DNA of 63,415 nt, the filler included, from Octopus bimaculoides (Eukaryota): the NCBI RefSeq assembly GCF_001194135.2. It is 5 parts of 5 records of this genome, joined end to end, with 100 filler letters (N's around TTAATTAATTAA, not from the genome) between each part and the next. Parts side by side here need not be neighbours in the genome. Positions count along the whole stretch, not along the records: positions 49,429 to 63,415 come from NC_069000.1; 4 more parts are not named here. The stretch is one strand, 5' to 3'. Both the position numbers and the translations under genes were made by a program. The notes under the pieces were generated by a model. It had not been told where the DNA came from, did not search any database, and saw nothing but the letters and a program-made list of their open reading frames with translations. This document shows positions 50,226-62,467 of the stretch, in pieces (the first letter of the stretch is position 1; each line of letters starts with the position of its first letter).

Positions 50226-50545
50226 AGAATTCATTCCAAATACAAAGTCAGACCCGAATGGTAAAAGATATCTTGAACAACTGACAGACAACATGGACCA
50301 GTTACACCCCACCGCTAGATCAACCTAGGTCCTCTGTACCGAATGGCATCCACAAGGCGAAGTTCGTTTTCGTTTGTCGTGATGCACCTTATGATGAACC
50401 ATACAAAGTGATTCACCCAGGGGACAAATCATTTCAACTCCCGCTCGGGGGACGACAGGTCACGGTTTCCTTCGACAGTGACAGCCCCGTTTACGTAGCT
50501 CAACCACTGAACAGAGGCCGTCCTAGGCAAGTTACACTGACCCCT
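50226..50545 (+). mobile_element. Ty3/gypsy integrase C-terminal fragment in opposite orientation
   Basis: AKFVFVCRDA..PYDEPYKVIHPGDKSFQL...GRQVTVSFD...RGRP. Confidence 0.7.
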
Positions 50546-51489
50546 GGCGACGATCAGTTACCAAAGAGCCAATCTTAACGAAAGCTGTACAATGATTCTT
50601 AAATTCTCGACCTATACTCTGAAGGAATCACATAATAAATGTTATGTTTTGGACATGGTCGGAATCAAGTGTTATATCAAACAATACTGGATAGCACTTT
50701 ACTCATAGTCTATAAAAGAAAATGTGTTTTACGATGAGATCGGAGCAAAGAGAAATATACGCCATTTTGTAATTCAAATGACAAATATTGTGCTTGCAAA
50801 CTTTCTCCTTTTTCCTGATTTATTTTACGTTTTTCATCTGGATTTCAAATATGGGTTGCCATTGAGACAAAAGTTTAAACAGCTCAAAGAAGTTTATTTC
50901 TTTTCATGTTTCATTTTCTCCATCCACTGGATGGATATTGCGCAAGTAAACTTAAATTAGCCAAATCTACATATTTCAGCCCAATTTTAGGATAATTCTT
51001 TTTCAGACAGAGTTATTAGGTCATTTATATAATAAATAAATGCGTAGATACGACCTGCAGATAAGCAAGTTTAGTTGCTCAACTTATCTTTACTTACAAA
51101 GAGCACGAAAGAAAACACACATTTCTTACAAATGGTAAGAAGGAACCTAGATAGCATTAGCATATCATTCTGTAACGAAGATTAATAGATTGATCACAAC
51201 TTGGCAGGGGAACTGAGCAACGAATCCTTGTACTAACTTACCCAGTCAACGTTATTGAAGAAAGAATAGTTAGACTTGGCTCAGGATTTGTTTAGTTAGT
51301 TACTAAACGCATTAAGCCTGATTTCAAATCTTTTTCAAATATTATTTATGGTCTTCTAGTCCACTCAAGGACACAGAGACTATGAGTGACATGTAATTAG
51401 ACCTATACACAAGCATGTGTGTGTATGTGAATATATTCACAGCTACATGTGTGTGTGTGTGTGTGTTTGTGTGTGTGCGTGCCTCTGCG

Positions 51490-51694
51490 TTTGTGTTTAT
51501 CTCCGACCATAGCTTGACAATCAGTATTAGTCTGATTACATCCTGATAACCTAGCGGTTCGGCAAAGAGAGCGATAGAATAAGTACCAGACTTTAAAAAC
51601 ATAAGTACTAGAGTCGATTCACTCTTTAAAAAAAACCACTTGAAGTGGTGCTCAACACGGCCACAGCCCAATGACTAACACTAGTAAAAGAATA
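51490..51694 (+). mobile_element. CORE-type SINE (OR2-like), 3' half
   Basis: TAGCGGTTCGGCAAAGAGAGCGATAGAATAAGTACC. Confidence 0.75.
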
Positions 51695-51847
51695 TGTAAG
51701 AGGCTGAATTATGTCGGTACTGGAAGGGTGTTACACAATTCCTTACATAAATGCTTTTAGGAAAATTAGCAGAACAAGAAAGTATTCAACAAAAAACAAT
51801 CTTTTATTCGGTATGTACAAAATGTACAACTCGGGACAATCAGTAGC

Positions 51848-52060
51848 CAGGTCTGGCGTGGAAACAGCAAAGTCGGTATTAATCTTACTTTATGAAGACA
51901 ATATTACACTTGGAACAAACAGTGGTCAGGTCTGGCGTGGAAACAGCAAAGTTAGAGTTAATCATTCTTCATGGAGACAATATTACACCTTAGAACAAAC
52001 AGCGGTCAAGTAGTCAGATGTAGAAACAGCAAAGCTTGAGTTAATAAAACCTTGTGAAGG
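51848..52060. repeat. Tandem repeat, about 3 units of 79-83 bp
   Basis: GAAACAGCAAAG at 51861, 51940 and 52023. Confidence 0.85.
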
Positions 52061-52494
52061 CATTCTTCACAGAACTCCAGTCAAAATCAGAGCTGGTCAA
52101 ATTCCAAGCGTCCGGGACAGGAGCGTAGGCGAACTCAGAGCTGCTAAAAAACATGTCTACAAAGTTCAGCAGCTGCGTTTCGAGTCAGAGACGCAAGAGA
52201 ACTTTTTTCCCACCAGTTTTCCAGAAGATTCCAACCCTGTGCATGCTTGCTGAAGACTCTCAAGATGATGTCACTCCAAATATATGTATACACACACACA
52301 CACTCAGGAAAATCCGTTCTTTTTTTTCTCCTTGAGTAGAATTACAAAACACAGTATCAACACTGCTTTCGCTTCTGGTGCAACAACCGGTTGTTAAGTC
52401 CTTGAAATTATCTTCCTAACATCTACAAGTGCACTTTCCATTTCATTTCTTTATATACACATGTGTATACATACACGTACATACGTACTCTCAC

Positions 52495-52618
<124 letters not shown>

Positions 52619-52828
52619 CATCCTACCGTTCGATCAAATGGACGACTTCCTCATTGAATCAGCATGTGTCCTAACATAATGTTCAACTAGAATCAGGCTA
52701 AGGCAGTGTCACAAGGCTGGGATTTCAAACTACATGTACAGCCCATGCGACGAGTCTCAACAGTTTCCGTTTATATAGTCACATACATACATACATACAT
52801 ACATACATACATACATACATACATACAT

Positions 52829-53796
52829 TTGGGCTGCTTGATTGGACGCTTGATGAGATATGAGCCATTGATGTGAAAACCCGAAGAATACTAACAAACA
52901 CACATAATTTCCGCATAAACAGTGATGTAGACCGCCTCTACCTAAAACGTAAACGAGGCGGCAGAGGCTTAACATCGATCTAAAATGCCTTTGAATGTTG
53001 CATTATATCCCTTCGAAGTGCATCTCTTGACCAAGTTTGCATACATGAAGCTGATAACATCATAAGACTTGGAAGGCAGCTCCTTGAGTAACAGTCTGTC
53101 TGATAACCGAGAACACATGCCCAAAGAAGTCGCACGTCTCTACTGCAACATAACAAATGAAAGGATGAGCCTATATGAGCAGAGGACTATGCATGGATAT
53201 GTTAATAGAAAGCTCCGTGATGATAGTAGCATTGATCACCAAGGCAGTTTATCATGGACGAAGAGCCGGATTATTACCTCACACTCTGAAGGGTATGCAT
53301 TTGCAATCCAGGAACAGGAAATATCAACAAAGTACCTGATGCACAAAAAGGATAGAGATGCGGGAAAAGCCGTAAAATGTGACAACCAATGAAGACTTTG
53401 TGGAGTTCACACTGAAGATACACCCACATCATAAGCAGTTGTCCGAAACTGTCATCACGGTATTATCTACCGATGAGACATGATGTTGTAGCTAGGACAT
53501 TCTATAATGAAACCCATCGGAAGGATAATCCCGAGGACAAAGAAATAAAAACCCACAATATGGTAGAAGCCATAGCCACTCATAAGGAAAAGGAATACTG
53601 GTGGAATGTACCAGTGAAGACTTCAATAAAATGTAAGCACAACAGACCTGATATAATGATTTGGGATAGAGAAGAGAAACTGTGCACAGTTGTGGAAATT
53701 AGCTGCACAGCGGATGTTAACATAAAACTGAAGATCAGTGAAAAAGGGAACACCTATGCTGACCTATTGAGAAATTTACAGTTACTCCATCCAGAT
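52829..53796 (+). mobile_element. 5'-truncated R4/Dong-like lineage 2 LINE starting immediately after (CATA)n (52781-52828)
   Basis: FGLLDWTLDEI*AIDVKTRRILT...DVDRLYLKRKRGGRGL...EGYAFAIQEQEISTKY...RHDVVAR...HNRPDIMIWDREEKLCTVVEISC; runs into a gap. Confidence 0.9.
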
Positions 53797-54404
53797 NNNN
53801 NNNNNNNNNNNNNNNNNNNNNNNNNNNNNNNNNNNNNNNNNNNNNNNNNNNNNNNNNNNNNNNNNNNNNNNNNNNNATACATATATATGCCCATGGTGAT
53901 GTAGAAAGATTTCAATATTACCTAAGGGAAAAGTTGAAGTATGCCAGTTCTCTTCACGAAAACCTACATTGTGAGAAGCTTTTAAAATACAGTCTTGTCA
54001 TTTATTGAAGGATAAAGACATACGTACGCAATATCCTTCGGTTAGGCAATGCGAACACCATGAAAGGAAACCTAGAAAATGAATAGGTAGACCATCGATA
54101 TCCCTAGTTCACCAATGCTTGGTAGGTAGTAGTTGAATAACTCTGAAGGCAGTTATTTATTACTAACAAGCATAAGTATGGTTTTACTAACCGGTTTTCG
54201 CTCTTCTGAACAGTGAAAAATTAATATCAGCGTTTACGTTATTGCAGATTTTTAAAATTTTATTTTTCATTGTGTTCAATTGTACTTCTGTCCACGTGTT
54301 TATTTTGCACGTTACATATTTCTGTTAACTTTGAATAGATATGTCACTTAATCTGCCCTGTAAATTGTGAAAATGAAGAGAAATTATCTCGAATTACGTG
54401 TCTC

Positions 54405-54435
<31 letters not shown>

Positions 54436-54484
54436 TATATATATTATATCACACACATATATATTATATCACACACACATATTC

Positions 54485-54568
<84 letters not shown>

Positions 54569-54992
54569 TGTATGAATATATATGTACATACCTACATATA
54601 TGCATGTGTATGTGCGTATATATATGTGTGTGTGTGTGTGAGTACATTAACGTACACGTATTATATGAACATACAGGTCATAAATATATATATTTATGTT
54701 TCGGTAGAATTTTATTGATGTATTCATAAATTAAACCATAGCATACAATCAACCATTTGTGTTCTTTTTTTATCACTACGCCGCAACTAGAGCCAGCTCT
54801 GAGTCAAATTTACGGTTTAAATCGGATTTGATACTCACATGTCTTCAGTATCCTACCAACACATGATATCTTCATGGTTCTTTTACCTCACGGTAAACCC
54901 TGTGCCATTGTACCAAGCCATTTCTGGCGTCCTATGTATTGATGTGCCCTGATTTTATTGAAACCTATAATTAATCAATATACACACACACA

Positions 54993-55042
<50 letters not shown>

Positions 55043-56429
55043 CTGTTTCATTATACAAGATATTCAAGCGTACGTGGGTAGAACAGTGGTTTGCTGCTAC
55101 TGGGACGCAAGCTGAAACTTGATCGGTGCCCCACTCTGAGTTAACAGGGCGAAGGAGTCTGATGCTGAAAGACCCCGAAACACACAGCCCGAGGCCACAG
55201 TAACATCATTGATGATGCATCCTTCATCATTTGTGAGATGCAGTTTGAAATAAAAAAGTATATATATATAATAATAATATTAGGGACAAAATCCAAATTA
55301 CAGGTAAAAACTCAATTAAAATCAATTTATAAAAAATTAAAATTAAACTGAGCTTTATAGATAAAATATATATAAAATATATAGTTTTAGGGAAAATAAC
55401 CAAGTTTCAAGGACTTATCGATGAAAATCCACTATCACATATAGAAAAATTAATATTTAAAAGCACAATAAATGAGTATAATATAAAGTAAAGTAAATAT
55501 CATAAGATAAATATAATAAAAAGATTACACGTGTTTCATAACTAATTTTCAAATAGAAAAGAAATTTAAATCGATTAANNNNNNNNNNNNNNNNNNNNNN
55601 NNNNNNNNNNNNNNNNNNNNNNNNNNNNNNNNNNNNNNNNNNNNNNNNNNNNNNNNNNNNNNNNNNNNNNNNNNNNNNNNNNNNNNNNNNNNNNNNNNNN
55701 NNNNNNNNNNNNNNNNNNNNNNNNNNNNNNNNNNNNNNNNNNNNNNNNNNNNNNNNNNNNNNNNNNNNNNNNNNNNNNNNNNNNNNNNNNNNNNNNNNNN
55801 NNNNNNNNNNNNNNNNNNNNNNNNNNNNNNNNNNNNNNNNNNNNNNNNNNNNNNNNNNNNNNNNNNNNNNNNNNNNNNNNNNNNNNNNNNNNNNNNNNNN
55901 NNNNNNNNNNNNNNNNNNNNNNNNNNNNNNNNNNNNNNNNNNNNNNNNNNNNNNNNNNNNNNNNNNNNNNNNNNNNNNNNNNNNNNNNNNNNNNNNNNNN
56001 NNNNNNNNNNNNNNNNNNNNNNNNNNNNNNNNNNNNNNNNNNNNNNNNNNNNNNNNNNNNNNNNNNNNNNNNNNNNNNNNNNNNNNNNNNNNNNNNNNNN
56101 NNNNNNNNNNNNNNNNNNNNNNNNNNNNNNNNNNNNNNNNNNNNNNNNNNNNNNNNNNNNNNNNNNNNNNNNNNNNNNNNNNNNNNNNNNNNNNNNNNNN
56201 NNNNNNNNNNNNNNNNNNNNNNNNNNNNNNNNNNNNNNNNNNNNNNNNNNNNNNNNNNNNNNNNNNNNNNNNNNNNNNNNNNNNNNNNNNNNNNNNNNTT
56301 ACGTGCAGTACAGCAAATCAAATATCGCACTTACTATAAGAGAAGTGAATTAAAAATTGTTTTGTGTGTGCCACGACACCTTTTTTATGTACTCGCTCCC
56401 GCTACCTTTAAGACCTGGCTACGCCTCTG

Positions 56430-56468
<39 letters not shown>

Positions 56469-56688
56469 GCTCTGGCTCTTCGTTCCTCATTTAGAACTCG
56501 AGATATTAAGGAGCGATTTTTTTTATTGATTCTTTTAACAGTTTACAATTTCAATCGCGGGGAGTGGGAGGAAATCCTTTCATTGTATACAACATGTACT
56601 CAGCAGTTCTATGTTCTAATACATTTCCGCGGTAAAAAAATCAAAGAGAAGAACTGACCCGTCTGTGGGCGACCTATTGTAGGATATT

Positions 56689-56806
56689 CTTTTCTACTCT
56701 AGACACAAGGCCCAAAATTTTTGAGGAGGGGGCCAGTCGATTAGATCGACCACGCTGAGCATTTTGCCCGGTGTGCTAACGATTCTGTCAGCTTGCCGCC
56801 TTAACT
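56689..56806 (-). mobile_element. Internally deleted SINE family A with 14-bp target-site duplication
   Basis: TATTGTAG(G/A)ATATT at 56675-56688 and 56807-56820. Confidence 0.8.
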
Positions 56807-57351
56807 TATTGTAGAATATTGTTGATTGTTTGACAAATATACACTGTTACTCTAATCGCTTTAAAAAAAATTAACTTATAAAAAACGTTTATAAAAATTG
56901 AAAATAGAAAAATTATGTAAGAAAATAGGCCGAGTATAAGTTTCAACATTGAGAAGCTTTCAGCCATATAACTAATTAGTTACAGGTGGAAGCTTGTTTG
57001 CAAGTAAAATGTCATGTTGACTTTTTGATTTTCAGTTAAACATGCTCTAACAAGCCCACAGAACAACAAAATCTGGTAATAAAAGTTTGTATCAACATGT
57101 CAGTTTTATAAAACAGGAATCTAGTATTGAAAATATCTTTCTATGTATTAAATTGCTACTGTGATATCTTGGAGTACAATTATATCTTTAATAACTTTAT
57201 GTTAGTAAAATCATCATTATTGTTATTATCATTTAACTTAAATTTTCAATATATTGGCGTTGTTTTTGTTTTTTGTTTTTATTTTAGCAAAACATTGCAA
57301 GTTGTAAAGCAAATTCATGATACAAGTTGATGGTTAGTACTTTTACCTAGC

Positions 57352-57391
57352 ATTTCAATATTTCGGAGTTAGGAACCCGTCTTCAGGAAAT
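57352..57391 (-). ncRNA. Minimal type-I hammerhead motif
   Basis: ATTTC-CTGAAGA-c-GG-gttcctaact-CC-GAAA-TATT-GAAAT: 5-bp stem I, palindromic AATATT stem III; weak stem II; AUU triplet. Confidence 0.55.
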
Positions 57392-57458
57392 CTACTGAAA
57401 AAAGATGTTGTTAGCTGACTTTTCTGCTCTGTCATCAGCTAACATCTTTTCTCCATAG

Positions 57459-57498
57459 ATTTCGTGAAGAAGAGGTCCTAACCCCGAAATATTGAAAT
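57459..57498 (+). ncRNA. Mutated mirror copy of the hammerhead motif (C3 to G)
   Basis: ATTTC-GTGAAGA-agaggtcctaacccc-GAAA-TATT-GAAAT. Confidence 0.4.
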
Positions 57499-57521
57499 AC
57501 CACGTAAAAGTACAACCCATC

Positions 57522-59100
57522 AACTTGCATTATTATTTTTTTGTAACTTGCATTGTTTTTGCTTTAAAAAAATAATTAAAAACATCTCTGTATAACAGAC
57601 AACGCTTCATGAAAACTATACTATTTAAAACATTCTTTATCTTACTAATCAGCTATCTTCTAAACCTTTGTTTGAATCCCCTGCTAACGAATACTTTGCA
57701 TGTATTTTGCATTTGTGATCAGGTAATCATATCAATCTTGAACCATAGAAAGATCTTTGTTATCCAGAACTTCATTCAGATGCTTTAGCTTCAACGGGCG
57801 GTTTTGCTTTTTCAAAGTTGGTGGTAGAAGGCTCATGACCATTGCAAGCTCTCCCTCTCTCAAATTGGTGAGGGACAAGTTTGGTGCTTAGTTTCAAGAT
57901 CTATAAATGGATACCTGAGGAGAGAATATAGACAGGGGCTGGAGAATACCGGGAAGTTATAACTCTGCGAGAAAAGACTGAGTAAAGTATATTTTAGAGA
58001 GGATTTAGACGTGAGATACGATGTTGGTGACGTGTAGAAGAGAAACCGAATGTATACCAGAGTGTGTGTGCAGCTTACAAATTCAGAAAATCAGAAATCG
58101 CGGTAAAAGAATCAAAGAGAAGAACTGGCCCGTCTGTGAATATTGTAGAATATTGTTGACTGTTGACTAGATAGCCAGATGATCTGCTCCTTTAATGTGG
58201 CTCAGTAGACGTTTTGTTTGGTAGTAGTGACATATTATGTATGTAGGTCGCACGTGGCTTTAGAAGAAAGTAAGTCATCAGGTACAAAATATATTGCAGC
58301 TTTTAAATGGAATCCTGTTCTTTGCAATGCAGTTTTGATAATGTTATGTGCATTTGGTATGAAAGTGAGATCTCGCACTTGTAGTGATCTGGGTATTTTC
58401 AATGTGTAAGAGGGATACATAGTTTATTTCTAACTTACCTTCTACAAAAGACAGGTGTGACATTAGTGTCACTCACATATCTGAGACGGTATGGTTGCCA
58501 TATACACGCACATAAAAAATATCTTCTGGGTTACGCTTTTAAAAAAGCAAACCCTCTAAATACTTGGTACGCTTCTATTCAAAAAATATTCTACAAAGTC
58601 CTCATTATTCTCATAGTCTTTATTCATAGAATCAATGTAGGTCTAATGTGAAATGCTAATGTTGGGTATGAACAATGGTTGCATGCAGAAAATTAAAGAA
58701 AGTCAAGTCTCGTGTCATTAGCATTGTTGTGACGGCGAAGTTATTAATGTAGAGAGGCAGGTGACAACTAATTTCTGAGCTGATAAAATATTAAATGGAA
58801 AAAGTTCAGTGAATGGGCACTACGATGAAGGCAGTTTGATAGAAAATTTCCATTACCAGATTTAAGACCCGACTGGAGTCCATAAATAGTCCAATAAGTT
58901 GGGATGTGTTCTCGTGTCGGATATAATGAGAAGACAAAAACAAAACTTGCATTATTATTTTTTTGTAGCTTGCATTGTTTTTTGCTTTAAAAAAATAATT
59001 AAAAACATCTCTGTATAACAGACAACGCTTCATGAAAACTATACTATTTAAAACATTCTTTATCTTACTAATCAGCTATCTTCTAAACCTTTGTTTGAAT
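57522..59100. repeat. ~156-bp near-identical direct repeat (57522-57677 and 58944-59100)
   Basis: One substitution and one indel by eye. Confidence 0.9.
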
Positions 59101-59175
59101 TCCCGTCGTCGGGAATTGAACTCACGACCTTATGATCGTGAGCCGAATGCCCTAACCACTAAGCCACGCGCCTTC
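59101..59175 (-). mobile_element. tRNA-like SINE head only
   Basis: GGCGCGTGGCTTAGTGGTTAGGGCATTCGGCTCACGATCATAAGGTCGTGAGTTCAATTCCC; no paired acceptor stem. Confidence 0.75.
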
Positions 59176-59614
59176 ACATATATATAGTTCTCTCACAGCA
59201 GCTCGTTGAAACTTAGTTACAAGCTTCATAACTGTTGAAGAAGTCTGTGGTGTAATCAAGATTAATAACTTTCACGATATCGATATGGATAAATAATAAT
59301 AAGAGTATGAGATTGTAGAGGCAATTATCAGTACCTCTGAGATAGTCATAGTAAAGAAAGTTATCTTGAATTATTTAGTAAATCCGAGGAGGTGCCTTTT
59401 ACAAACCTGAATAAGACGTGTGTTTATAACTTCTAATCTATATTCCATGCAGCAAGAAATGAAGCAGGATTGAACTAAGGACTAGCAACTTCTCGCAGAA
59501 AAACTGTTATGTTACTGAAACCGTTCAAGGACAACTCAGTGTGAAATACAACACGGAACGGAAATTACGACGAAAACCAATCTGTCTATTCGCAGCGTGT
59601 TTTAAAAAGCATTA

Positions 59615-59940
59615 ATGGCTGTGTGGTTAAGAAGCTAGACTTACAAACACGGGGTTTAGGTTTCAGTCCCGCTGTGCAGGACTGTAGCAGAGTGTCATCC
59701 ACAATAGCCTCAGGCTGACCAATGCTTCCTGAGGGAATTTGTTGACGGAAACTGTAAGCGTGTCGTGTGTGGGTGTACCCGTTTATGTTTGTGCTCCACC
59801 ATCAGTCTCTTTTGAGACCCGATAGAATATGAACCAGACTTAGAAGAATACGTGTTGGGAACGATGTGTTTGATGAAACCCTTCAAGGCCGAACCCCGGT
59901 ATGGTCGCAGTCCAATGACCGAAACAAGTTAAAGATAAAA
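59615..59940 (+). mobile_element. Degenerate CORE-type SINE (OR2-like)
   Basis: TGGCTGTGTGGTTAAGAAGCT head, GACGGAAACTG, CCGATAGAAT, AATGACCGAAACAAGT. Confidence 0.7.
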
Positions 59941-60280
59941 GATACATCGGTATACAATGTGTATATGAATTTCACAATTTATTGCGTTGTTGAGACATCA
60001 CTAAAAACATAGGTGTTCATATACAGTATCTTAAGAAGCGAATATCGATTTCATCCTTATGACAACATCCAGTGTGTTTGATGGGGCGCCCGAGACATAA
60101 GGCTACGTTGCCCATAACAACAATTCTAAACACGGATGCTACATATCTACGAACATTACTAACTTTCTGTTACAATCTACTGATCACAATAAATTATGAA
60201 TAGTTTTGAATAAATCATTAATAAGACATTCTAAACATCGGATACAACAAAAGTATTGAATGCTTATTTTTGGCCAGCCA

Positions 60281-60937
60281 CCAAGAATAAATGATGAACG
60301 GTCAATTACGAGAGCGCATATTTTCTCACCTGATAGCACATATATTACGATTAAAAAGATAATTTTGATTGGGAGTAGTTTGAGAAAACTGAAGATACCA
60401 CGGGTCACTCTTTTTGAACCACAAAAGTTGACCACAAAACCTAATTGCATAGAAGACTTGCAAAAGACACATTTTTGATATTTTAATAATAAACTAGCCA
60501 GTTCGAAGATACGCCTCACAGATAATCTATGATGCATCACCATGGAGTTTCGAGTCCTTCAACATCAGCCCCCGTTGTCCAATTGGTCCAACCAGGGTTG
60601 ATCAATTCCCTGCTTGTACCCCAGTAGCCAAGAATAAATGATAAACAGATAATTACGGGAGCGCATATTTTCTCACGTGGTAGCACATATATTACGATAA
60701 AAAAAAGATAAGTTTTATTGAACCACAAAAGTTGACCACAAAGCCTAATTGTATAAGAGAAGATTTGCAAAAGACATACATTTTTCACATTTAAAAAATG
60801 AAGTAGCCAGTTCGATGATACATCTCACAGATACCCTAGGATGCATCATCATGAGGTTTCGAGTCCTTCAACGTCAGAATCCGTCGTCCAGTTGACCCAA
60901 CCAAAGTTGATCAAATCCCTGCTTGCCTCCCAGTAGC
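60281..60937. repeat. Diverged tandem duplication (347-bp and 310-bp units)
   Basis: CCAAGAATAAATGAT at 60281 and 60628; colinear motifs throughout; ~40-bp deletion in unit 2. Confidence 0.9.
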
Positions 60938-61096
60938 AGTAAACCAACAGTCTGCCCTCTCCAAAAATCACTTCATGACCTTCTCTGCAACTTCAATAAA
61001 TAGAATTTAATAATGATCAAGCCCAGTGATTCTCAACTATTTTTACCAATGGACCCCTTTGATCGTATGTTTATATATATATATATATATATATAC

Positions 61097-61235
61097 ACGA
61101 CAGGCTTCTTTCAGTTTCCGTCTACCAAATTTACTAACAAGGCTTTGGTCAGCCCGAGGCTATAGTAGAAGACACTTGCCCAAGGTGTCACACAGTGGGA
61201 CTGAACCTTCTTACCACACAGCCACGCCTGTGCCT
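61097..61235 (-). mobile_element. CORE-type SINE (OR2-like), 5' half with internal deletion
   Basis: GAAGACACTTGCCCAAGGTGTCACACAGTGGGACTGAACC. Confidence 0.85.
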
Positions 61236-61661
61236 ATCTACCTCTCATTAAATATATACTTAAAATAGCTACAATAGATTATGAGCAACCTCCATATATG
61301 GGCAAATCTCTCTGACTTTAGCATTTGTGCTCTTAAACTTTAAGATGAAAATTGTTTCGGTGACTTTTTATGTTTTTAATAATTTCAAACATCAATATGA
61401 TTCACTATGTAAATTTTTAAATCTTGGAAGGTAATTATTTTCTTCTTCTATATTTTTATAATTCTGTTTGTTTTTTTTAATCTATGACTCAGTAGGTTTA
61501 GTGACTAAGACTTAATATCAACTCAATTCACAACTTAAGCATGGAAGCAAAACGGCTGAAGTTGATAAAGTTTCGTACGGAATACGAAAGAGATAAACAC
61601 TTAAAAAGTATGTCAAAAGATATCAAAATGTCTCCAACTCTCTCTCTCTCTCTCCCTCCCT

Positions 61662-61692
<31 letters not shown>

Positions 61693-62254
61693 CTGCAAAG
61701 ATTATTCTACAATTCGGCTGTTGTCTGATTCCAAAGGGTGACCTGGGTATATTTCTTCTTCACAAAACATCCAATCGAAATTATCTTTGTGGTCGCAATA
61801 TGCTATCATCTAAGAAATTATACGCTCTTGCAATTAATTCGTTCACTCAAAGAAATAATTGCACTTAATTGACTTCATTGGTACTTGCAGCATATGCCAG
61901 AGACAGTAGTGCTCATCCATCAACATTTCCAACTTTCTGTTACAATCTTTAGATTACTTTATACAGGATAATTCAAGATGAATGGTAAAAGAAGAAAACA
62001 TACATGTGAGTGTTGCAATGAATATGTTACAAAAATATATAGATGTAACATGAAAGATTAACTTCTTCAAGTTTTTACTGTCAGCCACAGATGTTCAATA
62101 TGGGCACCTTTTGTCACACGGCGAATATCGTCACACTGTATCTGTATTTCTGCAATCTATTCATTACAGCATTCGCAGGTACGATTTCATTTTGTAGCAT
62201 TCATCTTGAATTACCCTGTATTATGGAAAGGTTTCCACCACCACCTTTAATAAC

Positions 62255-62467
62255 TAACTACTATTGGCCCAAGGACAGAAATTTTGGGAGAGGGGGCCCG
62301 GTAGATTACGTCGACCTCAGTGCTTAACTAGTACTTATTTCATCGGGCCCCGAAAAAGGATAAAAGGCAAAAACCGACCTTTGCGGAATTTGAACTCAAA
62401 GGAAAGACAGACGAAATACGACTAAGCATTTTTGTCTGGCATGCTAAAGATTCTGCTAGCTCACCTC
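62255..62467 (-). mobile_element. SINE family A
   Basis: Reverse-complement head and core. Confidence 0.8.

Larger units (their letters stand above)
57323..57527. mobile_element. 205-bp fold-back element with outward-facing hammerhead motifs in both arms
   Basis: Arms are reverse complementary at about 80% by eye; looser pairing extends to ~57285/57565. Confidence 0.8.

Noticed and set aside
51711-52013. 100-aa ORF over a tandem repeat
   Set aside because: The repeat period is 79 bp, so successive units read in different frames; not a coding repeat
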